From Bugula neritina (lineage: Eukaryota; Animalia; Bryozoa): DNA of 64,000 bases. Of this stretch, positions 41,426 to 53,755 are shown in pieces (the first letter of the stretch is position 1; every line of letters begins with the position of its first letter). The stretch spans positions 806,001 to 870,000 of the forward strand of contig OZ037772.1 in the NCBI GenBank assembly GCA_964035545.1, written 5' to 3'. Under the pieces are notes generated by a model, which searched no databases, was not told the origin of the DNA, and saw only the letters and a list, made by a program, of their open reading frames with translations. Made by a program: the position numbers and the translations under genes.

Positions 41426-42870
41426 TATCAAGAACTTTTCCTGGACCACCTACTACCACAACCAGTTTACCAACTAGTCAAGAAGCAAATAATGGAGATA
41501 ATCCAGAAGATGCTTAATAAAAACATTGTATATTTGGCGATAATCTTTAAATTTGTGATAGCTGTCATTATATTATCATACTTGCAAAAACATAATATTC
41601 AATTTTATCTATAAATAATAGTACAATAAAGTATGCTGCACTATAGTATCATGATTATATTAGCTAAGAATGTACCTGTGGTATTGCTTGGAGTTTACAG
41701 CTTTGACATCAAAGGGGCTTTACTAATTTACATTTGTTTGATCAATGAATCATAGCACTTACTATCATGCAGTCCAAATTTCTGTTCTGCATGCATCTTC
41801 AAATGAGATTTAAATGTTCAATTAGAATTACTTATTTAATGTTTTGTTTATTTTTAGTTAGCAATGTTGAAAATATTGGAGAGGTATCATGCAGTTCAAC
41901 AAGCCATGGAAGGTTTGTGTTGACACTTTGAAAATGTTTTATGGTTACAATTGGCATAACATACAATTACTTTAATGTGACACGATGATTGTATTAAATT
42001 ATCAGTATGAAAAGACACTTTTATCTATGATATTTTTCCTGTTTTAAAGTACAAGAAATAGCTGATCCTATTGAAGCACTCAAGAAAGACATATAGAAGG
42101 TGCTTAGTAATGTACCATAATCAAATTTCTGTATTTATACAAGTTTTCAGCCAAAGAGTTGCAATCACATGTTCTCCTGTAGTTTTCAGAACAAAAAGAT
42201 GCTTTTGTTGAGCAGAGTCTTGAGCTTGGTGACTTGACGAAATTGCTTTGGTCTTAGATAAGTCACAAAAGCATTTATTTGTAGTTAATCTGAATACTAA
42301 TATAAGACAGTTATAAACTAGATCTTAGTTTCAGGTCATATATAGTATGAAATTTTACGGACATGAAGAAACAACTAAAGGAGGTGCTGGATGGGCAGAA
42401 AAAACTGATGGCTATAATCACTGATAGCCATAGTGGCAAAGACAATATAACTGAGCAGCTGGAGGAGCCGCTAAAAACAATACAAGAGTTTGAATCTCTT
42501 GAAGAACTTCTCCAATCCTCAAGAGAAAAACGTCCTGCTCTGGTACATAGTATACTACTATATAATATAGATTGTATAGCTAGTTTAAAGACTTTTGGTG
42601 TATAACATGCAACTTATAACATCCTGGCGTAGTTGATATTAGAATACAATTTCTAGTGAACTGTAGATTTTCAAGCTATAAAATGTGTTTCTCTTATGGA
42701 ATGTTTCTCATTAAAGTGTTAGAAAAAAATATTTGCCCCTCTGCAATAAAACATTGAATGTATTCATGTAAATTCATGCTATGAAATATAGGTGCATTAT
42801 TGTTGTAGACAAAGTTTCTTTTCCAACTGGGGGAAAGAAACTGCGCAGATATGGTGAAAAGAGTTGCTAA
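41426..42870 (+). pseudogene. Spliced DUF4806-like gene remnant (possibly transposon-associated)
   Basis: Short AG/GT exons; coiled coil MKKQLKEVLDGQKKL, then PLKTIQEFESLEELL...KRPAL/TKFLFQLG...DMVKR, resembling the DUF4806 entry motif. Stops present; truncated. Confidence 0.55.
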
Positions 42871-43288
42871 TATTAATTTGTTTTAAAAATGTTTGGCTAT
42901 TTTATCTTTTAACTTAAACATGCAATACAGTCTGTATTTTGCATGGGAGATAATATAATATTGAAATAAAATCTGTATCAAAACTTATCAAATCTCTGGG
43001 GCTGCATCAGCAGTTAAAATAGTTGTTGAGTTGTTGAGTTTAGAATAATTGCTCATCAAAAAATTTACTGCGTTCACTAAGTTTTATTTATGCTTCATTT
43101 TGACCATGGCACTGAAGCTGCAGCAGGGTATATACTATTTTTTGATCAAATGTAAATAGGTAATCTTTCAAAATTAGTCTAGCTATAGCACCAGAAATGT
43201 AATCAATAATGAATATTAACATTTCCTAGTGAAAAAATATCTTCAAAGTGTTTTTTTAGCCCTAAAATAAAAAATAGTTGTTGTAAAC

Positions 43289-44086
43289 ATGACAACTGCA
43301 CAAGATGGTGCAGAGTTGTCCACCCAATGGTCCTGCTTCAAGGAAGAGTTCAATTATTACCTAATAGCCTCAGAAAAATCTGATAAAGAGGATAAAATAA
43401 AAATGGCCATTCTAATGCGGACCATTAGACCGAGAGGTGTGGACATATTCAAAAGTTTCAAGTTTGGGGAAGGAGAATCTAAAGAGGTTTACAAGGATGT
43501 CCTATATAGGAAAATTTGACAACTTTTGTAAAAAGACCTCCAACAAAATAATCAGAAGACATCAACTGCTATCAACAAAACAGGAATGCTTATCAATAGA
43601 TGAGTATGTCACCAACTTACATAGGATTGCCAGAAAATGTGACCTTGGTGACATGTATGATGACTTTTTTATGCAGGCCTTTCTTCTTGGCATCAACGAC
43701 ACAAGCAACTTTGGAGAAAATTGTTCCAGGAGTCAGAAAACATAGACCTCAAAAAAGCTATTAAAAAGTGCAAATTGGCTGAGAGCTCTCAGAGTAATAT
43801 GAAGACTATTAAAGCCGAAGGAGAATCAATTCATACACTTGGTCTCAAGGCTACTAAAGCAAACAAAAGTGCCAAACTGTACTTACGCACAACTGACAAG
43901 GAAGCGAATAATCCTGCCAAGTCTAACTGTGGAAACTGTGGCAACTCTCATCCTCCCGAAAACGCTTACGGCAAACAGTGTAGTAACTGCAAGAACTCCA
44001 ACCACTTCGGAGCAGTCTGCAGATCCAGGAAAATTGGCAGAATAAATGCAGTCACTGAACACATAGCTAAAACATTAAAGCTTTAA
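43289..44086 (+). pseudogene. gag: Degenerate Gypsy gag (K02A2.6-like lineage), frameshifted
   Basis: W..FKEEFNYYLIA, DEYVTNL..IA.KC..G, LLGIND, L.KAI.KC..AE, tandem knuckles CGNCG..H / CSNC...NHFGAVCRS, spread over three frames. Confidence 0.85.
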
Positions 44087-44377
44087 CTGCAACCGTTTTA
44101 CCTTTTTTAGGTTAAATGCAATAAAAAGAAGTGCAGTGTTAAATATAGCTTCAAGTAGACTTGCACTGAAATTCATGGTCAATAACAGTTCTATACTCAA
44201 AATAAGTGCAGATAAGTCAGTAATAAGTCTAAAGTTGTGTTTATACCTCTCCTGGAAAAAGTATTTATGTTTCAGTTAATAGCACTCTTCAGAGTGCACC
44301 CTTATATAGTCTTACTGAAACCCGGTTTTTCATTATGTGTTTTTTTATTGTGTTATCAGAAAGTAGGGCTTTCTGCT

Positions 44378-44742
44378 GGGGGGGGACGGTGTAGTGAGTA
44401 GTGCAAAGTACAAATACGGGAATCGCCCTCTCCCTACTCTTGGAATACTTAGACCCTTATGTAGCAACCAATTAGCAGCTCCGGAAGAGATGCTTCCGAT
44501 TCACGTGACACTTCCCGGGTTATTAACATTATATCACGTTGTTGTAAGCGGAGGCTTGAAGTAGTAACATGTGTTAGTAGTTGACTGATGTATAGGATAA
44601 TTTGATGTGATGTTTGTTTTATGCTTTATTGTGGATAATAAATATAATTACTCGACAGCTACCCTAGTAATTACTAGCAGAATAACCAGCTAACTATACG
44701 CAAGTAAATAACTCACGCTCAGTAATTACACAAATTACTACA
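44378..44742 (+). mobile_element. Polypurine tract + 3' LTR remnant (44390-44742)
   Basis: GGGGGGGGACGG directly followed by TGTAGT...ACTACA (353 bp) containing CCAAT and AATAAA. Confidence 0.7.
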
Positions 44743-44949
44743 TTATTATTATAAATGTATTTATACAAATAGTAACAGTAATACTAAAAGTAATATTTTT
44801 AGCTATAATTGGTATCCACCAGTTTGCACTACAATTTTAAATTACATACAACTTCAACTTAAAAGTAAGAGTGAAACGCTTAATAGTTATTACAATAACT
44901 ATGACTATTAATATTAGTATAATATGGTAAAACTGATACTTAACCTATT

Positions 44950-45335
44950 TGTAGATTCTAAACTTTTAAATTAGACCTAATAGTAATAGTAATAGTAGTA
45001 GCAGCAACCTTGCGGTAACTCCTACAGTTAATCCTAGTTCTATCATCTATCAGTATCATTATGATTATCATTATGATTATTACTATCAGTATCAGTACCA
45101 CCATCACCATGACTTCAAGTCTAAAACTATGAGTATCAGTATGACTGACTGTGAGAGTATCACCACCACTATGAGTGGTGGTGATAGTGAGTATTACTAT
45201 CACTACAATACTTAATTAGTTACTTATAGTTATACTTATACTGTGAGTTATACTACTATCACTATCAGTATCACTACGGCTATCACTATCACTATCACTA
45301 TCAGTATAACTATGACTATCAGTATCAGTATCCGT
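44950..45335. repeat. Low-complexity hexamer/trimer tract (TATCAC/TATCAG/AATAGT)
   Basis: Degenerate tandem hexamers. Confidence 0.75.
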
Positions 45336-45336
45336 A

Positions 45337-47150
45337 ACTCACCTCGTAACTCACCTCGTAAAAATTAGAACACTCTGCTAACACCTACAGGCGCAAAATT
45401 ATGAGTGCCTCTTATGTTGTTTTTGTTTGGGTTTACCATGTGTTGAAATGTATCTGTTCTAGCATGTAGCTAAGTTTGGATATTTTAATTGTAATGTAAA
45501 GGGGTTTTAGCACATAGCTAAGCTGAGTTTGTGTTATGAGGTGGTATCCTCAAATCTCTGATGCTTCGAGGGAGAAAACTGTTGTGAAAAGTCTGTGAGG
45601 ATGCAGAAATTGATGTTGGTTCTCCTCTCTTAGCAGATCGAGTGTTTATTGACCGATTTGAATTTAATAGTTCATCATAAGCAGATGAAAGCGTTTCATC
45701 TGAGAGTATTCTCATTAACAAAGTTATTCTATGGTCTCTTCGCCGGCTCGCAAGAGTTTTAAGCTGCAATTCAGTTCGAGCGTCACTGATGCCACATCTT
45801 CCTTTGAGGTTAGCGATAAACCTGATGGCTTGATTTTGAACATGTTCAATTTCCTCACAGGCACTTTTGTTAGTCGGATCCCACAACGTGTCTGCATACT
45901 CAAGGATAGGTCTACATAGACTAAGGTATGCAATTAATTTTGCCTTCATGGGTGCATTGTAGATTGTATGCTTGATACAGCCAAGTATTTTGCTTGCATT
46001 GTTGACTTTAGATGTAATATGTCTGTCAAACTTTAGGTTAGACTGCATGATTACTCCAAGATATTTGGCCTCTTTAACGGTTCTAAGAGTGGTGTTACCA
46101 AGTGAATATAGATGGGAGGTGTCATCATTTTTACCAAATATAATCACTTCGCACTTATCGGTATTAAACGGCATTTTCCATTTAAGTGACCATTTATAAA
46201 GTGAGTTTAGGTCTCTCTGAAAAGCTTCCTGTTGTATTTTGTTGTTAACTTCGGCATATAGAAGTGTGTCGTCAGCATATAGACTAACTTTGCATGAGAC
46301 AGATTGAGGGAGATCATTGATGTAAATTAGGAAAAGTGTTGGTCCAAGAACTGATCCTTGGGGGACTCCAGATGTTACACTTAGTTCAGATGATTCTGTC
46401 CCTTTGATCACCACTTTTTGACTTCTGTCAGTCAAAAAGCTCTGTATCCAATTGGCAATAAATGGGTCAATTCCTTTAATTCGCCTGATTTTCTCTATGA
46501 GCAGTAAATGAGGAACTTTATCGAAGGCCTTTTTAAAATCTAGAATTACTGCGTGAGTAGTTGATGAGTTGTCGGCGGCTCTTGCAAGATCATGAAAAGT
46601 TGCACACAATTGAGTGTCACATGAAAGGCCACGTCTAAATCCATGTTGTCTATTAACCAAAATTGAATCTAGTGTTTTATTTAGATAGTGTAATATAATA
46701 TGTTCTAGCATTTTGCAGGGGATACTTGTCAATGAAATAGGTCGATAATTGCATGGCTTCTCTTTTTCACCTTTCTTATATATAGGAGTGATGTTGGCAG
46801 TCTTCCATGCACCTGGGAGCACACCTTGTTTTAATGAAGCAGCGAAGATATGCTGAAGACACTCTGCATTGATATTGGGGTTTATTAGTAATTGGCATTT
46901 GCGGATATGGTCTGGGCCGGGAGATTTATTATTTTTAAGGTCAGCAATAAGTTTTTCAACACCATCTAATGTGATGGGAAATGGTTCCGTTTGAGTTGAA
47001 AGAAGTGGGAGTTTTGATATACTTTCTTGGTGGCAGAACTGTGAGTGAAAGTATTTATTTAGTCTGTTGGTGATTATCTTACTGTCAGTGGTTGGAAGGC
47101 CATCCATAAGTCTTCTTGGGTTAGGCAAATTTTCAACTTCTGCGCTGGGA
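45337..47150 (-). mobile_element. 5'-truncated LINE (CR1/L2/Jockey group) with tandem-repeat 3' tail
   Basis: RT ORF, ~160-bp 3' UTR and a tail of TACGAGGTGAGT x2; no endonuclease domain. Confidence 0.9.
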
Positions 47151-47161
47151 TGAAAATTCAA
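45518..47161 (-). CDS. Non-LTR reverse transcriptase, partial ORF2, 547 aa open
   Basis: KSPGPD, NYRPISLT, QHGFR, LDFKKAFDKVPH, GVPQGSVLGP, YADD, KYLGV, SFLPRSIRD. Confidence 0.95.
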   Translation of the reverse strand: MNFHPSAEVENLPNPRRLMDGLPTTDSKIITNRLNKYFHSQFCHQESISKLPLLSTQTEPFPITLDGVEKLIADLKNNKSPGPDHIRKCQLLINPNINAECLQHIFAASLKQGVLPGAWKTANITPIYKKGEKEKPCNYRPISLTSIPCKMLEHIILHYLNKTLDSILVNRQHGFRRGLSCDTQLCATFHDLARAADNSSTTHAVILDFKKAFDKVPHLLLIEKIRRIKGIDPFIANWIQSFLTDRSQKVVIKGTESSELSVTSGVPQGSVLGPTLFLIYINDLPQSVSCKVSLYADDTLLYAEVNNKIQQEAFQRDLNSLYKWSLKWKMPFNTDKCEVIIFGKNDDTSHLYSLGNTTLRTVKEAKYLGVIMQSNLKFDRHITSKVNNASKILGCIKHTIYNAPMKAKLIAYLSLCRPILEYADTLWDPTNKSACEEIEHVQNQAIRFIANLKGRCGISDARTELQLKTLASRRRDHRITLLMRILSDETLSSAYDELLNSNRSINTRSAKRGEPTSISASSQTFHNSFLPRSIRDLRIPPHNTNSA

Positions 47162-47701
47162 CTAATTTTATTTTCAAAGCTCACGTTTAAGGAACTACAG
47201 TGCAAGCAAAAATTATCTAATATCGATGCTTAAAAACAAAAAGAAAACCTATCCATTTCAATTCAACTAATGCCTTGGGCTTGTAGCTTACTCAATGTTG
47301 CCTAACAATTCACAACATCCGCTGCGTCTTTATTGTTAGCTAGGGAACCAAAAATCCGAACGACCTACATAACGTTTTTCAGACTAGGGAGCTTGTTTTT
47401 TGTGTTATGAATTATAATCTTTTCCACCGATCTTCTCAATTTGTTTTTATGACCATGGGCAAGGCCAAGGTTTCTCCCGCGGATCTGCAGCAAAAATGAA
47501 GAGGATTGTTGTGAAACAGAAGTTGCATTTGTGTAGTTTATCATTAATATTATTATTAATGATATTAGTTATTGATAATATTAATTATTATTAATAATTT
47601 CTTGAATTTTATACTCATAATGATATGATTATGTCTATTCATTATTATATCCATATAATTACCATAATATCAATTATAATGATAATCATAATCATAATGA
47701 T

Positions 47702-48150
47702 AGTTACCTCCAGTTACCTCCAGATTACGATCATGCTAGACCACTACGTAGCAGAAGCGGCATGCCTCATATGTTTACGGTTGGTCAGAAAGTAAAATGC
47801 ATACAATAGTCCATAAATTGGTTGCAGTGTGTGTTGCAATATTGTTTATCAGTACGGGTAAGTTAATCTGTCAATGTTTAGATTATTTTGTGTGTAAATT
47901 AGTCTTGCAAGGATTGTTCCCTTTAAGGTCACGGTTTGTCCGTGGCAAGAAGCTGTTATAATAGCAGTTATTATTGGTGCTGACTGATTTTGGCTGTCCT
48001 AGTGTTTGGGCCCTAGTTTGGATAAAACTTTCCGGGGTAATTATTAGTTCGTCATACGCTGCAGAGAGTGCTGGGTGATATTCTTCCTTTTGGAGTATCC
48101 TCATAAGGAGTCTTAGTCGTTGAGTTCTTCTTCTTTCATCGAGGGCGGCC
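47702..48150 (-). mobile_element. Short 3' fragment of a related LINE
   Basis: LMRIL....ALSAAYDEL and NSFLPRT.RDL parallel the neighbouring RT C-terminus; tail GGAGGTAACT x2; flanked by a 24-bp direct repeat. Confidence 0.85.
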
Positions 48151-49116
48151 TCGTTAATGATAATGTCAATCACCAATGATAATCATAATCATAATGATTA
48201 TTATTTATATTTATAAATTATTATTAATATTGATATTATAATTTTATGTTTATATTTTTGAGTTATACTTTAATAACAATATAACTATAATGATTGTCAT
48301 ATATCATTGAATTTGACATTTGATTTGTCATTTGATCAATTTTGACATCAATAAGTTGATAATAAATATTGTTAACATAATGATAATGTTCTTGTTGCTG
48401 TATTTTAAATAATAAAATCTCAATAGTAATAGTTGTAGCATAAGTATAAGTTTAAGTTAACGTCTAGGCACGTCTTGAGTTTGTGATGTAACTAAATCAA
48501 TATCAAGTTCAAGTTGTGATACCCTCATGATTATGATTATAATGATCTTTGTACTTTATAGAGCATGATTACTCGATATTTCTTACTCTTATTCTAAAAC
48601 AAATGTTCATTTTCATACTTGTGTTGTTATTAAACTATATCAATAGCTAAAGGCCTGATTCTAGTTTTGAATGTTTAAAACGTACTTAACATACTGCACT
48701 TGCAGCTCTATTTTTCAAAATACATCCTTTAGTTAATGATGCTATATTAATAGTAACTTCAGCTACTTAGTAAGAATTTGCATACCATGCACTAAATCAA
48801 CTTCATTGCAACTTTGAGCAAAGTAAAGCTACATCTGTTATACTAATACCTTGGTGATGTTTTCTGGCATATCACTTTTTTTGCTAAGAAAGTTTCTACA
48901 GCCCCTTAATTCTCAGCTTGTAGAAGGCATACAGTACTAACTTTTCTCTTTCGTTTATTACAAGAATATATGACACTATCTTCCTATTTCTCTTCAATTT
49001 TTTGTATTCATATTTTTTTAGATTTGTAATTACGACTACACTACTGTTGATAGGTTTGGATTTTCTCCCACATTTACAATGACAAAAATGGATTTGATTT
49101 TCACACGGAGTCTTAT

Positions 49117-50150
49117 ATGCTGTTTAGCTGTGAAGGAACTGTTAGCTGCGGCACAAAACCACTTGAAGAAATTCTCCTGACAGATGCACACTCAAGGCAG
49201 ATGGAAAATCGTCTCGAATCAAACAAAGCGTTGCGAAACGACTTGAATTTTTCAAACAAGTGTGGTAACCAAACCTTGCACCTACTCAATGGAATGTCCA
49301 ATAGATCCATGTGGGCCTTCAAAGTGAGTTGGCTAATTTATTTGATATTTATTTTTATTCATCTGATATCTAGTGAAACTATTTGCAGTATGACTTGGTG
49401 GCCATGTTGCAACTTAGAGTAACTATAACTTTGAGATTGTAAGCTAAAATCTACACAATATGTTCATTAAAACTGGTTTTTGCTTGTCTCCAATTGTAAT
49501 ATTAACTAATTATTTGTCTTCCAAAACTTGACTTCCAGAATTTTCTTCTAACCCATCAAATCTATAGTATAACACTAAATCCTCACTTCCTTTCTCTATA
49601 ACCCTGGATTATATTAGCTCAGTATAAATTTTTAGGCTCAGTTCCTTAGAATATATAGTGTTTTATGGTTAATTCAACTTAGCATGTTATGCACCGGCTG
49701 CTAATTTTTAGATATGTGAGACATTTTTAGAGGTGTAAGCTATGATCAAAAAGTCAATCTTTTTTTACTTTGCTCTCTGCTATTCTTTCACCATATTCTA
49801 CACTATTCTACCTTATTCTTGCACACCATTTTTTACGTATTGCATTAGATTCTAATTTTTTACCTACTCTTACACCACATTCTACCTTATTTTACCTTAT
49901 TCTTGCACCATATTCTACATTATTTCACCTTATGCTTGCACCATATTCTACATTATTCTACCTTATTCTTACACCATATTCTAAATTATCCTTACACCAT
50001 ATTGTACATTATTCTTACACCATATTTTATTCAAGTGTTGGATGCTTGGGGAAAGCCACCGACCGGATTTTATGGGTTTTTAGTGTATAAGTGCTTTCTG
50101 ACTCTCATCAGTTTGTATAATACAAGAACCCAGTAGAATCACTGAATTGG
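49117..50150 (+). pseudogene. NRF (nose resistant to fluoxetine-6-like) N-terminal domain fragment
   Basis: C.NQT..LL.G......WAFK, donor GTGAGT at 49324, next exon LDAWGKPPTG (NRF domain signature). Phase mismatch and stops. Confidence 0.75.
49788..50028. repeat. ~33-bp minisatellite CTT(A/G)CACCATATTCTACATTATTCTACCTTATT
   Basis: Degenerate tandem copies ending next to the acceptor at ~50035. Confidence 0.85.
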
Positions 50151-50301
50151 TATAACATAGAGATATTATGTTGATCAGAAATTTACATGATGTAGCAGTG
50201 CAGCTCAATGAAGTCATTCTGGAAAGTTAAATAATTCTCTTTTAGACATTGCTTTGTATAAGTCAGACTGAGCATGTGACATTCATTCTAATAATAGACA
50301 G

Positions 50302-50577
50302 GATGTTCAGGGGCAGACAACTTTCACCTTATCATTGCAGGGTCCTCTGGTCTGTGCCTGTATGGGAAGTGCCGGGTTATATACGATAATAATGGTGATC
50401 CCAAGGTCATGCCCAAACCACAGAGGTGTTCTGTGTCAAATGGAGTGTCGGACTGCGCCGGCAATTCCGGTATACCAGGTTCCGAGTGTATTACCATCAG
50501 TGGTGGAGAGGAAGGAGGTTGTTGGTGTACAGGGGGTACTCACTACTACAACCGAGCTTGTGTACCTGACATGACTA
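50302..50577 (+). CDS. Isolated Cys-rich exon (EB-module-like), open frame
   Basis: AG/GTAAGT-bounded; CSGADN...SGLCLYGKC...RCSV...SDC...PGSEC....GCWCTGGTHYYNRACV. Confidence 0.55.
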
Positions 50578-50579
50578 GT

Positions 50580-50795
50580 AAGTGTGTATCTACAGTGTGT
50601 ATCTGCAGTGTATATCTACAGTGTGTATCTACAGTGTATATCTACAGTGTATATACAGTGTATATCTACAGTGTATATCTACAGTGTGTATCTACAGTGT
50701 ATCTACAGTGTGTATACAGTGTGTATACAGTGTATATCTATAGTGTATATCTATAGTGTATATCTACAGTGTATATCTACAGTGTATATCTACAG
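50580..50795. repeat. 13-bp minisatellite GT(G/A)TATCTACAGT
   Basis: Tandem copies starting at the splice donor. Confidence 0.92.
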
Positions 50796-51247
50796 AGTGT
50801 CTCCTCTGAAATAATCGGAAGTATCGCTTGAGTTTCACGTTTTCTTGTATTACCGGGTAACTACTTGTATTATCGGTTGGCAATGCCTACTTGTATTATA
50901 CTTTAATCTTGTTTTGCAGAGGACAGAAAGGGAGACTCGGTCCCAAAGGACATCCGGGATCTTACCGAACTTATGGAGAGGAAGGGTTCACCCGATGTTG
51001 ATGGCCTGCCTGGTATACCGGGCAATCCCGGAGGTGCAGGAGAAAGGAGACCACCTGGTTTCCCAGGAGACACCGGACTTTTTGGAGAACCAGGTAATGT
51101 TTATGCTCAATTGAGTTTAATCTGTCAAGTTATGTTTGGATATTTTTCATTTTCGTTATTTTCTATTTGTTACGTGGAAAGGGAGAAAACTCTGTCTCGG
51201 AGCATTTTTGTTTCTTCAGAAAACTTTGGATTATTTGATTATGGTCT

Positions 51248-51400
51248 ACACAGGGGTGTAGACAGACTAAAACACAGGGGTGTAGACAGACTAAACTACA
51301 CAGGGGTGTAGACAGACTAAACTAGACAGGGGTGTAGACAGACTAAACTACACAGGGCTGTAGACAGACTAGACTACACAGTGGTCTAGATGGACTAAAC
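51248..51400. repeat. 26-bp minisatellite CAGGGGTGTAGACAGACTAAACTACA
   Basis: 5-6 tandem copies in a collagen intron. Confidence 0.9.
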
Positions 51401-52326
51401 CTACTATGAACTTATAACTACCCTGCGTCATGCTGTCATGACGTCTCTATTCTCTCCTATAATATGACATTTATTTAGCGAGCAGATTTCTAGTGGGCTT
51501 TTCTATAGTGACCAGTCACACTGTTTATTATAGCAACATAGAAATCAAGTTGAAAACTAGTTGCATCTGTTGTGATGCTATCATCCGGTGCTTACAGGTA
51601 GAGACGGAGCACCTGGACCACAGGGTTCACGAGGTGTTGAGGGACCAGACGGCTCTGACGGTGCACCTGGTGCCCCTGGAACTCAAGGAGAACCCGGGCC
51701 TGTTGGTAAATACTAAATGCTACTCTTTGTATAACACAGGCTGTATTTGATATGAGTTTCCTATCTCAGCAACTCATCACTTCGCGTTTAACATTTCTAC
51801 TCTCAGATACAATCTTGTTGTACAGGTAAACCCGGTGAAGATGGATTTGACACAGAACCCGGACCTAAAGGTGCTGCTGGAGCTGCTGGTGAACCCAGCC
51901 CAGCCGGACCTCCAGGTCCTACTGGATTCCCTGGTCCACGAGGAAACACTGGCCCAGTTGGTCAACCAGGAGATGTCGGCCTTGTCGGCTTGAAGGGTGC
52001 TCATGGAGAGGCTGGACCTAAAGGCCCAAGAGGTACGTTCAGCTTATGTATACAAAACTCATATACATGACTCTTCTATTAACTGCTAATAACTCAGTAG
52101 GTTTTCATTCCCAACATTATGAACTGAGAATGTAACAAAAAGTAACCAACTATTACAGGACCAGCTGGTACTGACGACTTTAGCGGAGAACGTGGACCTA
52201 AAGGAGAGCCCGGTGCAACTGGAGTTACTGGACCACCTAGTCTGCCCGGACCTGCTGTCTTGATGGAAAGCTTGGACCAATGGGTATTCTAATCATTTGT
52301 TGTTGTTGGTCTGTGCATTGCTGAAT

Positions 52327-52683
52327 TACCTTATCTTCTGCTACCATCTTATCTTCTTCTACCATCTTATCTTCTGCTACCATCTTATCTTCTGTTATCA
52401 CTTTATCTTCTGCTACCGTCTTACCTTCTGCTACCACCTTACCTTCTGCTACCATCTTATCTTCTGCTACCATCTTATCTTCTGCTACCATCTTACCTTC
52501 TGCTACCACCTTACCTTTTGCTACCATCTTATCTTCTGCTACCATCTTATCTTCTGCTACCATCTTATCTTCTGTTATCACTTTACCTTCTGCTACCACC
52601 TTACCCTCTGCTACCACCTTACCTTCTGCTACCATCTTATCTTCTGCTACCACTTTACCTTCTGCTACCATCTTACCTTCTGC
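52327..52683. repeat. 18-bp minisatellite TTCTGCTACCATCTTA(T/C)C, ~20 copies
   Basis: Tandem copies in a collagen intron; explains the AEDKMV ORF. Confidence 0.95.
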
Positions 52684-53514
52684 AGCGTCCTGTGTTAAAT
52701 TAGTAACATCTAACATTTTTATTGCAAGTAAGTCACAGAAAATACATTCAAATTATTAATTCATATTCATAGTGTAAACACTTTGAATAAACTTCCGTAA
52801 GTTTATAATCACTATCCCTGTGAGAACCCCTGATTGAAAGGTGCTTAAGGCCGGCTGGAGACTATTTTGTAATGTGCCATACGAGCAGTTATGACTGGGT
52901 GCTCTTCCCAACATCTTTGCTGGTGTTTTGACTCAACCTACTGCCCTCATGTTTCTTCAGTCAGCACTCTAGCTACTACACCATGCCTGATTCCTTGACA
53001 CTCTGAATATGACTTAAATTTGAGTTGGAAAATATTGCTAATTTGATTTAAAATCTTTATTATCGTCACTGTAGTCTTTCTTTTGGCCATTTTGTAGATT
53101 CACTCACTTCCATGTAGTCCTGTCACTCTATCCTCCATTTACAATTTCTCTATTCACTCTTTCAGATGTTGTATAAGAATATTTGTTGTACATTTAATAT
53201 GTTGTGTTGCATTTGGCTACTTTTTATAAATGATCTCTGAACATAGCTGATATTGTTAAGCTACTATCCTCGCAGGTGCCGCCGGCTTGGACGGACTTCG
53301 GGGTAAACAGGGAGAGCCAGGCCACCCGGAGTTAGAGGAGAAAGGGGCCTAGAGGGCAGAGTGGGACCTGAAGGCAAGCAGTTAGTGACCTCTGGTGACC
53401 CCTAGTCATGACCTCTATAACTTTTGGCCATAGACCTCTAAGTGTAACTTCACTAGCAAAATATATTCTCTAGAAGAGCGTAGAACATTTGTTCACAATA
53501 TAATATAATTATAC

Positions 53515-53755
53515 CTATATAGATATATGATAATATCTGTATAGATATTATCATATATCTATATAGATATATGATCATATATGTATAGATATTATCATAT
53601 ATCTATTTAGATATATGATAATATCTGTATAGATATTATCATATATCTATATAGATATATGATAATATCTATACATATATGATCATATATCTATATAGAT
53701 ATATGATAATATCTATACAGATATTATCATATATCTATATAGATAATATCATATA
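53515..53755. repeat. AT-rich alternating inverted (palindromic) repeat array
   Basis: TATAGATATATGATAATATCT alternates with its reverse complement AGATATTATCATATATCTATA. Confidence 0.88.

Noticed and set aside
52237-52716. AEDKMV repeat protein (antifreeze/neurofilament-like)
   Set aside because: 18-bp intronic minisatellite antisense to the collagen pseudogene; no independent gene signals.
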